A stretch of DNA of 64,000 nucleotides, taken from contig NIVC01000830.1 of NCBI GenBank assembly GCA_002269645.1, positions 11,572 through 75,571 of the forward strand. The letters are read 5' to 3'. Position numbers and translations under genes: made by a program. Positions 50,005 through 62,532 of this stretch are shown one piece after another (the first letter of the stretch is position 1; each line of letters starts with the position of its first letter). A model generated the notes under the pieces. The model had not been told where the DNA came from. It did not search any database and was given only the letters and a program-made list of their open reading frames with translations. This stretch comes from Macrostomum lignano (Eukaryota).

Positions 50005-50165
50005 ATGGAGATAATAAAAAGGCGGCAAATGCGAGTTTTTTTCCTAACGAGAAAAACGAGCTTAAAATAAGGCCGTTTTAGAAGGAAAGTCAGGCATTGA
50101 ATTCCCCGTCTGCCTGCTTTGCCGCCGCCCACACGTGCACAGCCTTCCACTTGTCCGATCGCTGC

Positions 50166-53100
50166 ATGGAGACTGCCGGGGCTGCCTGTTCGGCCGGCCG
50201 GATACAGAAGCGACTCAATCCGGTTAGGACCGGTTCCTTGGACCTGGTGAGTGTCCTCAGCGTAGCGGGTTTTTGATGCCGCAGAGGCTGTCGGGAGCAA
50301 AAGGCACTTTTCTATCACTGAGGTTATCAGTCAGCTCCATCATTTCCTGTCATACGGATGTTCGCATTACGGGTTGCTGACGTCATAGGGAATTCAGTGT
50401 TACCGGTTGCTGATGTCATAGGGAATTCAGTGTTACCGGTTGCTGACGTCATGTCAGTGTTACCGGTTGCTGATGTCACAGGGAATTCTGTGTTACCGGT
50501 TGCTGACGTCATGTCATTGTTACCGGTTGCTGACGTCATGTCAGTGTTACCGGTTGCTGATGTCATGTCAGTGTTACCGGTTGCTGATGTCATGTCAGTG
50601 TTACCGGTTGCTGATGTCATGTCCGTGTTACCGGTTGCTGATGTCATGTCAGTGTTACCGGTTGCTGATGTCATGTCAGTGTTACAGGTTGCTGATGTCA
50701 TGTCAGTGTTACCGATTGCTGACGTCATGTCAGTGTTACCGGTTGCTGACGTCACAGGATGTGAGCAGCACGGATTTCAGAGGGTAGAAAAGCCTTACGT
50801 AAATTCAGAGTTCACTAATTGCCATTCTAGCAGCTCACCCGGATGCACTGAGGCCAGAACTGAATTCAATCAGCCAGTGAAGCCCACATTCAATTCCCAA
50901 CCCCAGCTTTGTCCCAGCGGTGCAATCTTTGAACGAACTGAGTGCACCGGAGGCCCCGAGGCGGCAACCGAGAGGGCGGGATTGCGGAGTACTCGCTATA
51001 TTAAATGGGTCCCATCGGTGGATTAGAAACCGCCCTTTGAAGTCCGCAGTGGCAGCAGCCAAGATGATGGATACAAGGCCTCTACAGTAATTAATACGAA
51101 GAAGCGCTGGGCAGGACGGGGGGGGGTAGCGGGGCTGCCGCAGTCACGCGCGCGCACGTCTCTCGCAGATTCGGGCTGGCAGACAATTTCACGCGCTCTG
51201 GATATTTTTAGTAGCGCATTAGCCGCATCGATCTGCGGATAGCGCCGCTCGGCCAGACTCAAATCTCCATAGCGCCATCCCCAGAGTTGGGCAAGCCTCA
51301 CCTGAGGCCAAATTTGTCATTGGGAAGCTGAGAAAGGAATGCGTGCAGAAGTGTCAGTCACGGGAATTGATCTCCCATTCCTTGTACTGCTGCTCAGACT
51401 AAAGAGCCTTCCCGACTAAGTACATCACTGCTGAGAGGATAAATATAGGCCTGCAACTTCTAGAATCCTGCCTTCAAGGTCTCTAATGATTCTCAAAGAG
51501 CTGCCGGCGTGGCCCTAAAATTATCCCAGCTGCAGACCTAGAAAGGACTGAGGAGAGCTCAGGACACGGATAATGACAGGGGAGGCAGGCGGTGAGTGCT
51601 TCTGAGCACTTTTCCCTTAGAAAGCGACTTCGTTAGCCAAGTGTATAGTTTAGCCTGGTGCTATTCTGAGTGCTTCGCGCAAACCCCCGCACGCAGGAGA
51701 GCTCCAACACGCGGAGAGGCAGCTTCGACAGCTGCTCCGGCCTCGGCAGCGGCGGCGAAGGCGACGGCAGCGGCGGCGGCAACGGCGCCGATTCAGCGAG
51801 CGAAGACTCGAGCGGCAGCGTGGAACAGCTGGAGGAGCTGACCACCTGCGCCATCCACCTGGGCCAGCTGTCGCAGCCGCGGCTGCTGCCCTGCTCGCAC
51901 GTGTTCTGCCTTGCGTGCCTGGCCCGCTGGGAGAGCCAGCAGCAGCAGAAGAAGCAGCAGCAACAGGTGCCGGCTTCGCACGGCAGCCTGGCCTGTCCGC
52001 TCTGTCGCGTGTCCGTTCGCCTGCCGCCGGACGGAGTTCGAGCCCTGCCCACGGCGGCCGCTCACCAGTCCATCGCCGACTACATCGCCGAGAGGCACTG
52101 CCGTCGGCTGCAGCTGTCGTTGGGTGGCGACAGTCCGGTCTGCGCCAGGAGCTCCACGCGGAGGCGCAGCCTCGAACGAAAGCAGGAGATCCTCGCCCAT
52201 CTGGCCAAGGACTTCGTCCGCCGGTCCGAGCTGGAGCGGGACGCCTTCGACCGCGCCGAACTGCTGGCTGTCCGAGAGAACCTCAACAAGCTGATCAGCC
52301 GGCTGGACGCCGAGGACGGGGCGACTAGAGGGAAGCTGGGCAACCCGGCGCAGCCGAATCGAAGAGGACGCGACGCCAGGCAGCCGCTGCTGCCGCCTCC
52401 GCCGCCGCCGCCATCGGACACGGCGCAGCAGCACCAGCAGCCGCCGTCTCTTCCGTCCCGCTATCCGCGAGACGACGCAACTTCAGACGAGTCCTCGGAG
52501 GAGGCCGAAGAGGAGGACGCGCTCGACCTGAGCTTCATCCGGCACAACATGCGCCGGCACAGCAGCTACAAGCTGAAGGAGATCGAGACCGGCTTTCTGG
52601 ACCTCCAGCATCCCGGGGCCGGCCTGGAGATCGGCGCAGCCGGCCTGATCGCCGACCCGGAGGACCAGGTAGACATGATCCTGCTGAACTCCTGCAGCCA
52701 CTCTCTGCTGCTGTACTCCAGCCAGGACGGTCGGTTGAAAGACTTCCCCGTTGTGCTGGGCGGTCACCGTATGCGCTGCTACTACATGACTTTCTCTAAC
52801 GGGCTCGTCTACGTCAGCGGCGTTGTGCCCAGCGACTCCGCCACCCGCTGGACGTCAGCGATCGCCTGCGTTCAGCTCGACGGTCTTGTGATCCGCCGCC
52901 TCGAACGGCCTGGAGCCGCTGCCGGCAGCGATGAGCCGCTGTTCGCCGGCTTCCACGTCGACGAGCGCCGCGGTGAGCTCGTGGTGGCGCAGCCGGCCGA
53001 TCAGAAGGTCGAGTTCCTCACCCCCGCCCTGGCCCGCACCGGACACTGGTTCACCTTCGAGAATTTGCATCCGCATCACGTGACCTGGACTAGAGAGCGC

Positions 53101-53463
53101 CGAATGCTGTGGGTCTCCTGTCCGTCGGAGGGTCACATTCTCATCGTGAACGACCGCACGGGGGTGTACAGGAAGCTCACGACCACGCAGATATTCGACT
53201 CTGTGCCTGCGCACATCATCACTACCAGCGATAAGCGAATTATCTTCACCGACAACCAGCGCCAGCGGGTGTTCTGGATCATCCGGCGAAGCGAGTTCAT
53301 CTTTGTGCAGCGTTTGGAGTTCCTGCAGGAGCTGGCGGACATCACGGGCATTGCGCCGCTAGGCGAGGACAAGATTCTCGTCTGCACTAAGCGGAAGCTG
53401 TACTTCCTGAAGCCGACGCGTAAGCTGCGAAGGCGGAGGCGACCTCGCTGCGACCTGATGTGA
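50166..53463 (+). CDS. RING-finger / coiled-coil / NHL-like beta-propeller protein (TRIM-NHL or malin-like E3 ligase), about 615 aa, 2 exons (50166-50246, 51697-53463)
   Basis: RING: CAIH...PRLLPCSHVFCLACL...CPLCR. The C-terminal region has repeated beta-strand blades with G, D and P spacing. Exon 1 (METAGAAC...RTGSLDL|gtgagt) is phase 0 and matches the cgcacgcag acceptor at 51696. Confidence 0.82.
50368..50756. repeat. 27-bp minisatellite (gtgttaccggttgctgatgtcatgtca) in the RING gene intron
   Basis: About 13 copies, including longer gggaattc-containing variants. Confidence 0.93.
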
Positions 53464-53719
53464 CTGAGAGCGAGAGAGAGGCTTGGTCTTAGTCAAATGA
53501 GGTCAAGCGATGTCTCACTTGGAACTTGAATCGTTTCATTTTTGACACACGAACTCATTGATTCCCCAGCAGAAATGCATTCGATCGCGTACATAAACTA
53601 ATAATGTGACCTTATGTGAACTCCTATAATCTCCTATCTACGCATGTACTCAGAATAGCTCAAGTAGGAGTAAAGACGTGTGATGTAAGAACTCAGCTGG
53701 TATCATCGACGATGACCTC

Positions 53720-54048
53720 ATATGTGAGCTCATGATACATATCATTTGGAAGCTCATTAGAAGTCACGTATGAGCTCATATGTGAGCTCATGAGATATCA
53801 TTCATAAGCTCATGATATGTCATGGGTGAGCTCATGAGATGTCATATATGAGCTCATGAGATGTCATGGGTGAGCTCATGAGATGTCATATATAAGCTCA
53901 TGATATGTCATGGGTGAGCTCATGAGATGTCATATATGAGCTCATGAGATGTCATGGGTGAGCTCATGAGATGTCATTCATAAGCTCATGAGATGTCATG
54001 GGTGAGCTCATGAGATGTCATTCATAAGCTCATGATATGTCATGGGTG
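53720..54048. repeat. About 20-bp minisatellite with a palindromic atgagctcat core
   Basis: tgagctcatgagatgtcat(a/g) repeated about 15 times. Confidence 0.88.
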
Positions 54049-54417
54049 GTGCATTATTTTTCCAGGAATTAATAATTTAAAAATTTGAAAACATCATAAG
54101 TTCTTTCCCTGCTAAACGCTTCAAAAAAATTATAATTTATTCCAATTATTGTGCTTTGCGCTTGAAGTAATCGCTATTTTTTATAAATCAAAATTTTTTA
54201 AATGCGGCCGTGGCGCACGTAGTTGTCCAAACAATTTTGTGTCGGTTAATTCCTGTCGCCAATTTTTAGAATGCTCATTGCTAGCACTGCAACAGTGCAA
54301 TCTGTAATGTACTATTAGCCTGTGTTAATGTTACCCTCCCCACAACTACATGTGAGTGGCTTCTGCCGCGTCCTACCTGACACCCCAATCTATCTTCTGA
54401 CAGAATTCTGTTCGATC

Positions 54418-55115
54418 TGACACCCTAACTATATGACATCCCAACCATCTGACACCCAACTATATGACACCCCAACCATCTGACATCCCAACCATCTGAC
54501 ACCCCAACCATCTGACACCACAACTATATGACATCCCAACCATCTGACACCCAACTATATGACACCCCAACCATCTGACATCCCAACCATCTGACACCCC
54601 AACCATCTGACACCACAACTATATGACATCCCAACCATCTGACACCCTAACTATATGACATCCCAACCATCTGACATCCCAACCATCTGACACCCCAACC
54701 ATCTGACACCACAACCATCTGACACCCCAACCATCTGACACCCCAACCATCTGACACCCCAACCATCTGACACCACAACCATCTGACACCCCAACCATCT
54801 GACATCCCAACCATCTGACACCCCAACCATCTGACACCCCAACCATCTGACACCCCAACCATCTGACACCACAACTATATGACATCCCAACCATCTGACA
54901 CCCTAACTATATGACATCCCAACCATCTGACATCCCAACCATCTGACACCCCAACCATCTGACACCACAACCATCTGACACCCCAACCATCTGACACCCC
55001 AACCATCTGACACCCCAACCATCTGACACCCCAACCATCTGACACCCCAACCATCTGACACCCCAACCATCTGACACCCCAACCATCTAAAACCCCAATA
55101 TATGACACCCCAAAC
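54418..55115. repeat. 16-bp minisatellite (gacaccccaaccatct) with a higher-order duplication of about 256 bp
   Basis: Variant ctaactatatgac recurs at 54648 and 54904. Confidence 0.93.
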
Positions 55116-55496
55116 ATCTAACACCCAATCCACGGAAGCCCTATAATTTTTTGCGCTCTCAGGAAACTTTAATACTGCCATGGACCCCATAAAATTACCC
55201 TATTGTCTATTACAAACCAAAGTACGCTCGTAAAGTACTTTTACCAACATCTAGTCCCACTGTACTAACGCTGTACTGTACTGTTCTCTTTGCTTCTGTT
55301 TGCCAGCCGCTTACTGTATTCTGCACTTCTGACAAATGCTAATTCTGCAACATCCTTAGCGGCCTCTGAGATGCCCGCTAACTGCAATTCAATAAAGGTG
55401 TGCGTTGACTCGCATTCGCGCTCGTCTTGTGACATAAAAGTACAGCAATTCATTTTCAACTCGATTTCATTGCAGATATGCATTTAGCTGGTAATT

Positions 55497-55830
55497 GGGG
55501 TGGATATTTGTGGATAACTGATAATAGTTGGTGAATATTTGTGGATAACTGATAATAGTTGGTGAATATTTGTGGATAACTGATAATAGTTGGTGGATAT
55601 TTGTGGATAACTGATAATAGTTGGTGAATATTTGTGGATAACTGATAATAGTTGGTGGATATTTGTGGATAACTGATAATAGTTGGTGGACATTTGTGGA
55701 TAACTGATAATAGTTAGTGGATATTTGTGGATAACTGATAATAGTTGGCGGATATCTGTGGATAAATGATAATAGTTGGTGGATATTTGTGGATAACTGA
55801 TAATAGTTGGTGAATATTTGTGGATAAATG
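55497..55830. repeat. 31-bp minisatellite (tgtggataactgataatagttggtg(g/a)atatt)
   Basis: About 11 copies. Confidence 0.93.
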
Positions 55831-56436
55831 ATCACACGTTCACACAGGGTGCACAGCGGCCCTGACTTTCTAATCGTCAGGCATGTGCACTCTCTGTGCC
55901 TTAGGGGGCTGGCCGTCATGGCTGTGAATTGCACGACAATTCCTGTTGCAGTTGCGATTGTTTTAATAAAAATTGTTAATTTGCAGAGTCAATATTTCTA
56001 AGTATCAGCTGAGTATCGTCACTGTCTGCTCTCACGCATTCTCCCTTGATTTCCCCACTCTGGTGCAGCTATTTTTATCCCACTTACAAACAAATCCCAA
56101 TTCCAAATTTGCTCTGCCAGAAATTTTGATTGCCTATTTTGCGAACGGATATGAAAGCAGAAGACAGTATGTCCTGTCGGGTGTAAGTGTGAGGCTGGGG
56201 GCGGCATGGCTGCAGGTGCTGCCGCACTGCATCAGGTGTGCCATTTCCGTTTGCTTGAAAGCATCAAAGCTAAAAGCAAGATGGCTAATCTGATCTACTA
56301 ATCCTCTTCCTTTGGGCGCTGAAATATAAAATACTAGCAAGCAATGGCAAATCGTCAATTGCTTTTAAAAATATCCATAATTTGAACTGAGCTTTCAGAT
56401 GAGGGGCAAATGGGAGGCTGGGTGCGTCTTTACTGT

Positions 56437-56945
56437 ATGCTCATGCTCATGCTCATACTCATTCTCATGCTCATGCTCATGCTCATACTCATGCTCATGC
56501 TCATACTCATGCTCATGCTCATACTCATACTCATACTCATGCTCATACTCATGCTCATACTCATACTCATGCTCATGCTCATGCTCATACTCATGCTCAT
56601 GCTCATACTCATGCTCATGCTCATGCTCATACTCATGCTCATGCTCATACTCATGCTCATGCTCATACTCATACTCATACTCATGCTCATACTCATGTTC
56701 ATACTCATACTCATGCTCATACTCATGCTCATACTCATACTCATGCTCATGCTCATGCTCATACTCATGCTCATGCTCATACTCATGCTCATGCTCATAC
56801 TCATGCTCATGCTCATACTCATGCTCATGCTCATGCTCATGCTCATACTCATGCTCATGCTCATGCTCATACTCATGCTCATGCTCATACTCATGCTCAT
56901 ACTCATGCTCATGCTCATGCTCATGCTCATGCTCATGCTCATACT
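56437..56945. repeat. (CTCAT(G/A))n hexanucleotide array
   Basis: About 85 units. Confidence 0.97.
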
Positions 56946-57946
56946 CACACTCAAACTCAATGCTCAATCTATCCACCAGGATTTGCAATAAACTTAGGCA
57001 TCTCAATCGCGACGCAGGCTGTAGAGAGCCAGCAGAAGACAAGCTGCCAAGCTGGATATAACAGTGAATAGCAAAGCTCCAGCTTGTCCTGTGGAGCAGA
57101 CCTACGATTCACACAGTTGTCTCTCATTATTTTTCTTAGCAAAAAACGAATTTCAGAGCGGACGAAGCAGAAAGGAAGAAAAAGGTTACTACGCAAATTG
57201 AAAAGGAACTTGACAAATTAAGATTTACGTTGCTTTAAAAATACTTCTTCAAGCTTAATGTTCGACATGCACTACTAACAAGACTTAGTCAGTAGTATTT
57301 AGTGTATTTGATTGAAATTTTCATCTTGAATTTCCAATTTCTAAATGATTGAGAAATGAATTTTGCTTGCCCGAAAAAGACTTATTTAAAATGGGAAGAG
57401 TTGAAAAATTGTTCTCTTATTTATTCCTGCAGGTCTATCGGCACTGAGTCCATCAGTGGAATAATTTTTAAGAAAAAACTTCGAACGCAAAGGAATCCAT
57501 TTTTTCATATTTTTTCTGCACGATCTTCCGTAGGGTTTGGTTGGAAAAAATGAATTTGCATTTTACAACAGCAAATGTAGCAAAAAATTGCGATATAAAT
57601 TTTTTGAAACTTACAGATGGGCCTTGCCCCCCGGGTTGAGGAGGTGAGTCAAGGACGCTCACATCCAGAATTTGGAGTGGTAACTCTTGCTTAGAGTCAG
57701 AAATGTTTAACAGTTTATCTGTTGTAGTTTCTGCGTGAGCTTTTATTAAATCTATATCGTAACTTCTGTCAGTTTGAAGCGTTCTGTCTTTACGGAACTT
57801 TTGAAAGTTGTGCAACACCTTCGGCCACATGATCCCACAGCCAGCGCTGAGGCAATTCTGCCCCGTTCCGCTGAGTCCTGAGCACATTCAAGCGCGTCAA
57901 TACTGTACTCTGGCATGCACTCACACACACGCTCACACCACAAGGC

Positions 57947-58330
57947 CCATCACAAGCTCGAAAAGTCATATCGTCGAAAACTGATTTAGCAACCACCATC
58001 ACAAGCTCGAATAGGGTTAGGGTTAGAACTTGTGCCCTAGGGTTAGGGTTAGGGTTAGGTTGGGTTGTGGTTAGGGTTAGTGCCTTAGGGTTATGGTTCA
58101 GGGTTAGGCTAGGGTACTGGTGCCTTAGGGTTAGGGTTAGAGCTTGTGACTTTTCGAGCTTGTGATGGTGGTTGCTAAATCAGTTTTCGACGATGTGATT
58201 TTTTGAGCTTATGACTTTTCGAGCTTGTGATGGAGCCTTATTTTCGACGATGTGATTTTTCGAGCTTATGACTTTTCGAGCTTGTGATGGAGCCTTGTTT
58301 TCGACGATGTGATTTTTCGAGCTTATGATG
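57947..58330. mobile_element. Foldback-type element with inverted arms enclosing degenerate (TTAGGG)n
   Basis: Left arm 57947-58011 is the reverse complement of the right arm starting near 58154, which continues as repeats of about 52 bp. TTAGGG-like units fill 58012-58140. Confidence 0.7.
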
Positions 58331-59904
58331 GCGACCCATTCTACTTTAAAATTTATTCGGCTTTTAAAATGAGACACCAAGTTTACAAGAATTGATTCAT
58401 TCAAACAAAGTTTACAATAAGTTAAGATTTAAAAGATGTTGCATAAACTCAGACCAATCTGCAAATTTAGCCATTGGAGCTTACAAGTTTTTGTTTCGGA
58501 TTCAGTGGCAATGGGATGTATCCAAGCATTGGTGAGTTATTTTATTGCGGTCGGTCGGACCGCCTGCTTTATGCTTTATAATTACACTGCTGCCCCCCCC
58601 CCCTGCAGTTGACTGAGGAGTCGCTGAGCCACCTCTCTGCTCAGGAGAGAGAGAGAGACCGTTAAATTAATTTTTTTGAAGAGGCAGGGGAGACAGGGTT
58701 CAAATGAAATATCCCATCGTATCTATGCGCGATGGGAAGAGCTCAGCAGCCTACCTGACACTGTTGCATATGAGGCTGCATTATCTGCCGGTTTTATCTG
58801 ACATACTTGCTGCTGGTGGATGCGGGGTACCAGCAGAATTTGTCCGTCCCCCCGCTGCTGCTGGCTGCGGGTCCCCAGCAGTCCAGAGATGACTTCTCAT
58901 CTCCCACAGGTAGTTAGATCTTCCCCTTTTGAGTACCCATAGAGAGGCATGGAATTCTAAATCTATCCTTGGTATATTCAACCTGGAATTAATCCTAGTG
59001 GATATTTTGAGTTGTGCTTTGGCAACAACTTGCCAGATGCAACGGATCAGTTAGTATTCCATGCAGACTTTGGGGCGGTTGATGTCTCTCTCTCTCTATA
59101 CACCTCTGCTGCTATCCTTGCATCTCCAGTCAGTCAGTTCCTATTTGGTATGCCGCAGAGCCGCTACCCTCACCCCCCCCCCCCTGTTGCTCATCCCGCA
59201 GTCAATAAACCGACACAGGAATTAGCTAGACCCCGCATCAGCTCCATCCCCTTCTCGCAGGATACCTGTCTAGGCCCCCTCCCCTAAAACCCGCCGTTCT
59301 ACGCTAATTAATAATTAATATGCAAAAAAGCCCATCTAAAGCAGATTCCGCAGACCCAGCTGACGGACAAGAGGGCAGGGCTCCCTCCCGCACGAATTGT
59401 TGAATAAATCTGAACTCTGCATCCCAAATAGTCTCCGTGGCAATGGTCTGCCCGATCCGAGGGGTTTAGCAAATTATCGATCTCACCTCTGTGCGCGTCT
59501 CCGGCCGGCCCAGATTTCAGAATCCAGACTCAGTCGGTTCTCCCTGATCCTCTTGATTTTTTTTTGATCCGATTTGCCACCGCTGGAGACTCAAAATTCA
59601 ATTAGCAAACATCAGGGATGATACCAGATGGGGAAAGGAACCCAGGTCCTGTCCTGGGAGGCTCTCATTAGTTTAGGGTTGGGATAAATTCTTGCATAGC
59701 CGACTTGTATGCTGAACATGCTGAGCTTGCAAGCGATACATCGTTACTGCAATAGAAGGAGCTATTAGAGAACTCAATTTCGACTCAGCTATAGTGTGAG
59801 CCTCTGCTAAGCGGTGCATGTATCAAACTGAGATACGGATGCAAAATTCGTGATAGTTAGTATTAGTAAGGTCATCAGACTGTTCACGGCTTTGAGTCTG
59901 ACGA

Positions 59905-61250
59905 AATACCCTCTCAGGCAGTAGCCTCTGGGGAAATACCCACCCTCTCAGGCGGTAGCCTCTGGGGAAATACCCACCCTCTCAGGCAGTAGCCTCTGAG
60001 GAAATACCCACCCTCTCAGGCAGTAGCCTCTGAGGAAATACCCACCCTCTCAGGCAGTAGCCTCTGAGGAAATACCCACCCTCTCAGGCAGTAGCCTCTG
60101 GGGAAATACCCACCCTCTCAGGCAGTAGCCTCTGAGGAAATACCCACCCTCTCAGGCAGTAGCCTCTGAGGAAATACCCACCCTCTCAGGCAGTAGCCTC
60201 TGAGGAAATACCCACCCTCTCAGGCAGTAGCCTCTGGGGAAATACCCACCCTCTCAGGCGGTAGCCTCTGAGGAAATACCCACCCTCTCAGGCAGTAGCC
60301 TCTGAGGAAATACCCACCCTCTCAGGCGGTAGCCTCTGAGGAAATACCCACCCTCTCAGGCAGTAGCCTCTGAGGAAATACCCACCCTCTCAGGCAGTAG
60401 CCTCTGGGGAAATACCCACCCTCTCAGGCAGTAGCCTCTGAGGAAATACCCACCCTCTCAGGCAGTAGCCTCTGAGGAAATACCCACCCTCTCAGGCAGT
60501 AGCCTCTGAGGAAATACCCACCCTCTCAGGCAGTAGCCTCTGAGGAAATACCCACCCTCTCAGGCAGTAGCCTCTGAGGAAATACCCACCCTCTCAGGCG
60601 GTAGCCTCTGAGGAAATACCCACCCTCTCAGGCAGTAGCCTCTGGGAAATACCCACCCTCTCAGGCAGTAGCCTCTGGGGAAATACCCACCCTCTTAGGC
60701 GGTAGCCTCTGGGAAATACCCACCCTCTCAGGCAGTAGCCTCTGAGGAAATACCCACCCTCTCAGGCAGTAGCCTCTGAGGAAATACCCACCCTCTCAGG
60801 CAGTAGCCTCTGAGGAAATACCCACCCTCTCAGGCAGTAGCCTCTGGGAAATACCCACCCTCTCAGGCAGTAGCCTCTGAGGAAATACCCACCCTCTCAG
60901 GCAGTAGCCTCTGAGGAAATACCCACCCTCTCAGGCAGTAGCCTCTGAGGAAATACCCACCCTCTCAGGCAGTAGCCTCTGAGGAAATACCCACCCTCTC
61001 AGGCAGTAGCCTCTCAGGAAATACCCACCCTCTCAGGCAGTAGCCTCTGAGGAAATACCCACCCTCTCAGGCAGTAGCCTCTGAGGAAATACCCACCCTC
61101 TCAGGCAGTAGCCTCTGAGGAAATACCCACCCTCTCAGGCAGTAGCCTCTGAGGAAATACCCACCCTCTCAGGCAGTAGCCTCTGAGGAAATACCCACCC
61201 TCTCAGGCAGTAGCCTCTGAGGAAATACCCACCCTCTCAGGCAGTAGCCT
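59905..61250. repeat. 34-bp minisatellite (aaatacccaccctctcaggcagtagcctctgagg)
   Basis: About 39 nearly identical head-to-tail copies with no spacers. Confidence 0.97.
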
Positions 61251-62017
61251 TGTCCATCGTAACCAACACAATCGTGTAACAGTTAGAAAATGCATTAGAA
61301 ATATTCAAATTACATCGAAAACATTCTCATGAATAAATACATTTGAAAACTGTACATGACTTTATGTAACTATTTATTTATTTAGAAGTTCAGAACGACA
61401 GAGTGGAATACAGTGGTACAAGCAAATTTATCAAATAAAGCAAAGATAAAAAACTTGACAACGGCAAAAGATGCAGTAGTGAGCAGAGAGTTATAACAAA
61501 TTAACAATTCTATCGTTTGAAGACAGAAAACAACAGGGTATACTATAATTTACAGATAATATTAAAAGATTAAGAAAATTCATAATAAATTAACTACTTC
61601 ACTTTATTTTGGCTTGTATAAGTCATATTTGTATTAACTAAAAACAGATTAATTTAAACAGCACCTTGGAGATCTAGGTTAATAATAACGGACACGAGAA
61701 ACTTCGATTAAAATATAATGAAGTAAAAATATTAAACAGAAATTTAGTAAATACTTCATTTAATAGTGGCCTCTAACCTTTGTTGAGACTGCCCGACTAT
61801 CTTTCAGACACATTACCCATCTTTGTGAAAGGGAATCCCCATATATTTTTAGAAATAATCTACGTTGTCTATATTTAGAAAATTAAGGAAATCACATTAA
61901 GGATTTTTCATAAATTTTAAAACTCCTTATAGATAGGGATTACCCTGGTTATTTTTAGCAACACTAGGAGTTTCAGCCAATCATTGCAATCTGTCTGTCT
62001 CCGATAAAGAATCATTG

Positions 62018-62157
62018 CTAGATGATGCTATTTTTAGAAGCAGTCGAGTTCAAACGTAGCTGGCCTGCACGGAGGGATAGGGCTTCAAGGGATTCTCCTG
62101 GCCCAGCCGCAGAGTGTGCAGACTGCGACTCGTGGCTGGCAGCAGCGGCTCTCTCTG

Positions 62158-62192
<35 letters not shown>

Positions 62193-62448
62193 GTTCCATG
62201 TTCTCGTATGACTGCTTCGGTTTCCTGGGCGTGTCTCCCAGGGCAACCAATCCGATTCGGAGTGGTGCGCGAACGCCTGTTCAAGCCTGAGACCTGTTGC
62301 TGCTGTTGCTGTTGCTGCTGTTGTTGCTGCAGAGTCTGGTACAGGTGCTTGTTAGAAACGAAGGTTCTGTAGGCGCACGGTGGCGGTGGCTGCTGCTGAT
62401 GCTGAAGGTCGTAGGCCCCTCGGCCGGAGGTCTTATTGGGGAAATAGT
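62018..62448 (-). CDS. Probable terminal coding exon (poly-Q/poly-A rich) of a gene whose upstream exons lie beyond the window
   Basis: Acceptor ctccattgcag at 62449. The frame stays open (YFPNK...YQTLQQQQQQQQQQQ...AAAA...KNSII*) to the stop at 62018. Composition resembles the other exons. Confidence 0.5.
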
Positions 62449-62532
62449 CTGCAATGGAGAGTTGAGGGTCGATTAAGACTTACTAATAGTAAGATTTCTT
62501 CAGAGACAGAGAGTCCCAGGGAGTGGTCTATT

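Noticed and set aside
50327-51026. Mucin-like TSATGNTDM protein or the opposite-strand LPVADVMSV ORF
   Set aside because: It coincides with a 27-bp array inside the phase-0 intron of the RING gene and has no independent start or splice support.
57468-58002. Cys-containing short ORFs on the minus strand (possible TE zinc-finger relic)
   Set aside because: The Cys spacing does not match a family I can name, and the frames are short and overlapping.
59905-61250. CRISPR-like 34-bp repeat
   Set aside because: Units are head-to-tail with no unique spacers, so it is a plain minisatellite.
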